Shown here: positions 62,597-64,000 of the stretch, piece after piece
How positions within the stretch are numbered: position 1 is the stretch's first letter
Layout: each line of letters starts with the position of its first letter
Translations under genes and position numbers: made by a program
Virus record (IMG/VR): IMGVR_UViG_3300028607_002670
DNA from: a virus
Direction: 5' to 3' (one strand)
Length of the DNA: 64,000 bases
Notes under the pieces: generated by a model
The model's input: the letters and a program-made list of their open reading frames with translations, nothing else
Told to the model about the DNA's origin: nothing
Database searches by the model: none

Positions 62597-62717
62597 CCTT
62601 TCTTAACATTGTAAAAATTAACACCGAAGCTAGCAGATGCTGTCATACAAGATGACCAATTAAACCGAATGCAGTTGACACTGGTGTAAATGTATTTGTT
62701 AGCTTTGTTGTTACGTT
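62597..62717 (+). repeat. right copy of 121-nt inverted repeat (partner 19295..19415)
   Basis: See the left copy. Starts 27 nt after the F2 stop codon and ends 35 nt before the F3 ATG. Confidence 0.9.
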
Positions 62718-62752
62718 CCCAAATAACAGAATTTTAATAAAAGGAGCCTTCA

Positions 62753-64000
62753 ATGGCAATAGATTATAAACAAAGGTATCCTGATCAGACGGATACAGAT
62801 TCAAATTACCCGCAAGGGAAGGCTCGCAATAAAAGCACTCCCGCAGCAACAGACGGATTTCCTTTCGAAGAAGATTATATAAACGACCAACTGGGGTTTT
62901 TCCAAGCACTCTTAAAGGAAAGTGGAATCACTCCTTCTGGAAGTGCAGATAATGCTAATAATAGTGATTACCTCGAGGCATTGAAAACTTTAACCAACTC
63001 TAACCTAGCTCTGAAAATATTCCAATCCCCTTCTGAAGAAGGTCTAGTTGAGATCCAAACTCGCACCGCCACAACAGGTTCAGTATTCGAAGTACGTAAA
63101 ACTTCTGACGATACTGTAGCTAACATTTATAGAGATGCTGAGGGTACAGTTCTAATATCTCAAGATGGAACGAGTAACGTATCAGATAGATTCGGAGTAG
63201 TCGAATTCTTTATAGGGTACGGAAGTTATTACATTAAAGTCAATTCTAGTGTAAACAATTTTACCGTGTCTAACAGCCGTATAAATTTTAAGGATAAGTC
63301 GGAGGTAGTATCTTCCGATTTAGCGGTCGGTTCTGAAATCCATTGGATGTTGGAATATGGAGGGGATGTCGTTAATAAGAATGGAGGTACGGGAATAGTT
63401 GTTGATTATGACCCCTCTAATTCAGGATTCCAGCTTGACAATGGTAATTATGTATACAGAACAGATTACTATGGTCCTGTAAGAATACTAACGCCTCAAG
63501 AAGCACCAGAAGATCACCTTTTATTCAAAACTAAATCCTCTGCAGGTCCTACTAGGTTACACATAGAACCTGCTGGTAATATAGAAGGAACAACCGCTAA
63601 ACTTGATTGGATGTTTGACCCTTATGATGAAACACCTGTTCCTTCAGGAAGACAACGGGATTATAGAATATTTAACATCTATAATAAGACAGGCGATGTA
63701 AGCGGACTTAACGGTGAGAACGGTGCCGCAGTGATGAATGTCAAATCAGTAGGAGATTTCTGGGGTGTGTGGCCTTCTATGCACTTCTCGGTATCGGACG
63801 ATGCTTCTACAGCGATGAAGATGTACTACTTCGACATGTCGGAAGACAACGAGTGGTTTACTCCTATGAAAGGTAGGTGGCGTGAGAATGCGGAGTTTAG
63901 TGTAGGAGATTATGTAACTTGTGACAACAAAGTGTATCAATGTCAGACGGAAGGTACATCAGGTGTTGATAGGTTGACGCATGAATCAGGTACTGTCAGT
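62753..64000 (+). CDS. third tail fibre (F3), partial, continues beyond the window
   Basis: My translation from ATG 62753 (AAGGAG at 62741) is open for 416 codons to the window end: MAIDYKQRYPDQTDTDSNYPQGKARN...FPFEEDYINDQLGFFQALLKESGITPSGSADNANNSDYLEALKTL. Shares the N-terminal anchor with F1/F2. Absent from the ORF track because there is no stop in the window. Confidence 0.7.
   Translation, partial: MAIDYKQRYPDQTDTDSNYPQGKARNKSTPAATDGFPFEEDYINDQLGFFQALLKESGITPSGSADNANNSDYLEALKTLTNSNLALKIFQSPSEEGLVEIQTRTATTGSVFEVRKTSDDTVANIYRDAEGTVLISQDGTSNVSDRFGVVEFFIGYGSYYIKVNSSVNNFTVSNSRINFKDKSEVVSSDLAVGSEIHWMLEYGGDVVNKNGGTGIVVDYDPSNSGFQLDNGNYVYRTDYYGPVRILTPQEAPEDHLLFKTKSSAGPTRLHIEPAGNIEGTTAKLDWMFDPYDETPVPSGRQRDYRIFNIYNKTGDVSGLNGENGAAVMNVKSVGDFWGVWPSMHFSVSDDASTAMKMYYFDMSEDNEWFTPMKGRWRENAEFSVGDYVTCDNKVYQCQTEGTSGVDRLTHESGTVS

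Noticed and set aside
19295-62717. Gin/Cin-type site-specific invertible host-range segment (shufflon-like)
   Set aside because: There is no serine or tyrosine recombinase gene in the window, and the repeats lie outside the fibre coding regions. Inversion would swap the positions of the fibre genes but not their C-termini. If inversion occurs at all, homologous recombination is the more plausible route.
62643-62909. 88-aa minus-strand ORF across the right inverted repeat and the F3 start
   Set aside because: It is antisense to the well-supported F3 N-terminus and has no SD. No matching ORF is listed in the supplied track across the left repeat copy.
1-64000. CRISPR arrays, rRNA genes, integrase/attachment sites, transposase-bounded IS elements
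   Set aside because: I noticed no regularly spaced direct repeats, rRNA-like sequence, tyrosine or serine integrase motifs, or terminal-inverted-repeat-bounded transposase ORFs while reading both strands.

Overview
This AT-rich window looks like tailed dsDNA phage genome (contractile-tail type), not bacterial chromosome. All calls come from reading the sequence and ORF track by eye; no searches were run. Layout: (i) 1-19.1 kb, a leftward block of small early genes. Recognisable products are an HNH nuclease, a MazG-like enzyme, a 5'-3' exonuclease/FEN, an SPFH lipoprotein, RdgC-like, an HTH-metallophosphoesterase, DUF3310, a nucleotidyltransferase-like protein and an ATP-dependent DNA ligase. 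(ii) 19.4-23.8 kb, a leftward operon with four membrane proteins, a tail-collar-type fibre and a beta-helix tail fibre/depolymerase. (iii) A divergent sigma70-type promoter hub near 23.9 kb. (iv) 24-33 kb, rightward early genes: HTH, RHH, a miniature PolA/T7-RNAP-like polymerase, a GIY-YIG nuclease, a zinc-finger-less Toprim primase and a DnaQ-like exonuclease, then tRNA-Arg(UCU) and tRNA-Gly(UCC). (v) 33-64 kb, the rightward morphogenesis module: terminase, portal, S49 protease-scaffold, decoration protein, E-type capsid, sheath, tube, chaperone with -1 frameshift, tape measure, baseplate, and two more fibre genes. The terminase large subunit appears split by two ORF-less group I introns, with a free-standing HNH endonuclease directly upstream. 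The tape measure gene appears split by a third group I intron that carries an HNH endonuclease. The most unusual items are the 423-aa polymerase-like ORF (25421-26692) and a 121-nt inverted repeat (first 70 nt identical). The repeat sits just 3' of two different fibre genes and brackets about 43 kb. I saw no rRNA, CRISPR array, integrase or reverse transcriptase.
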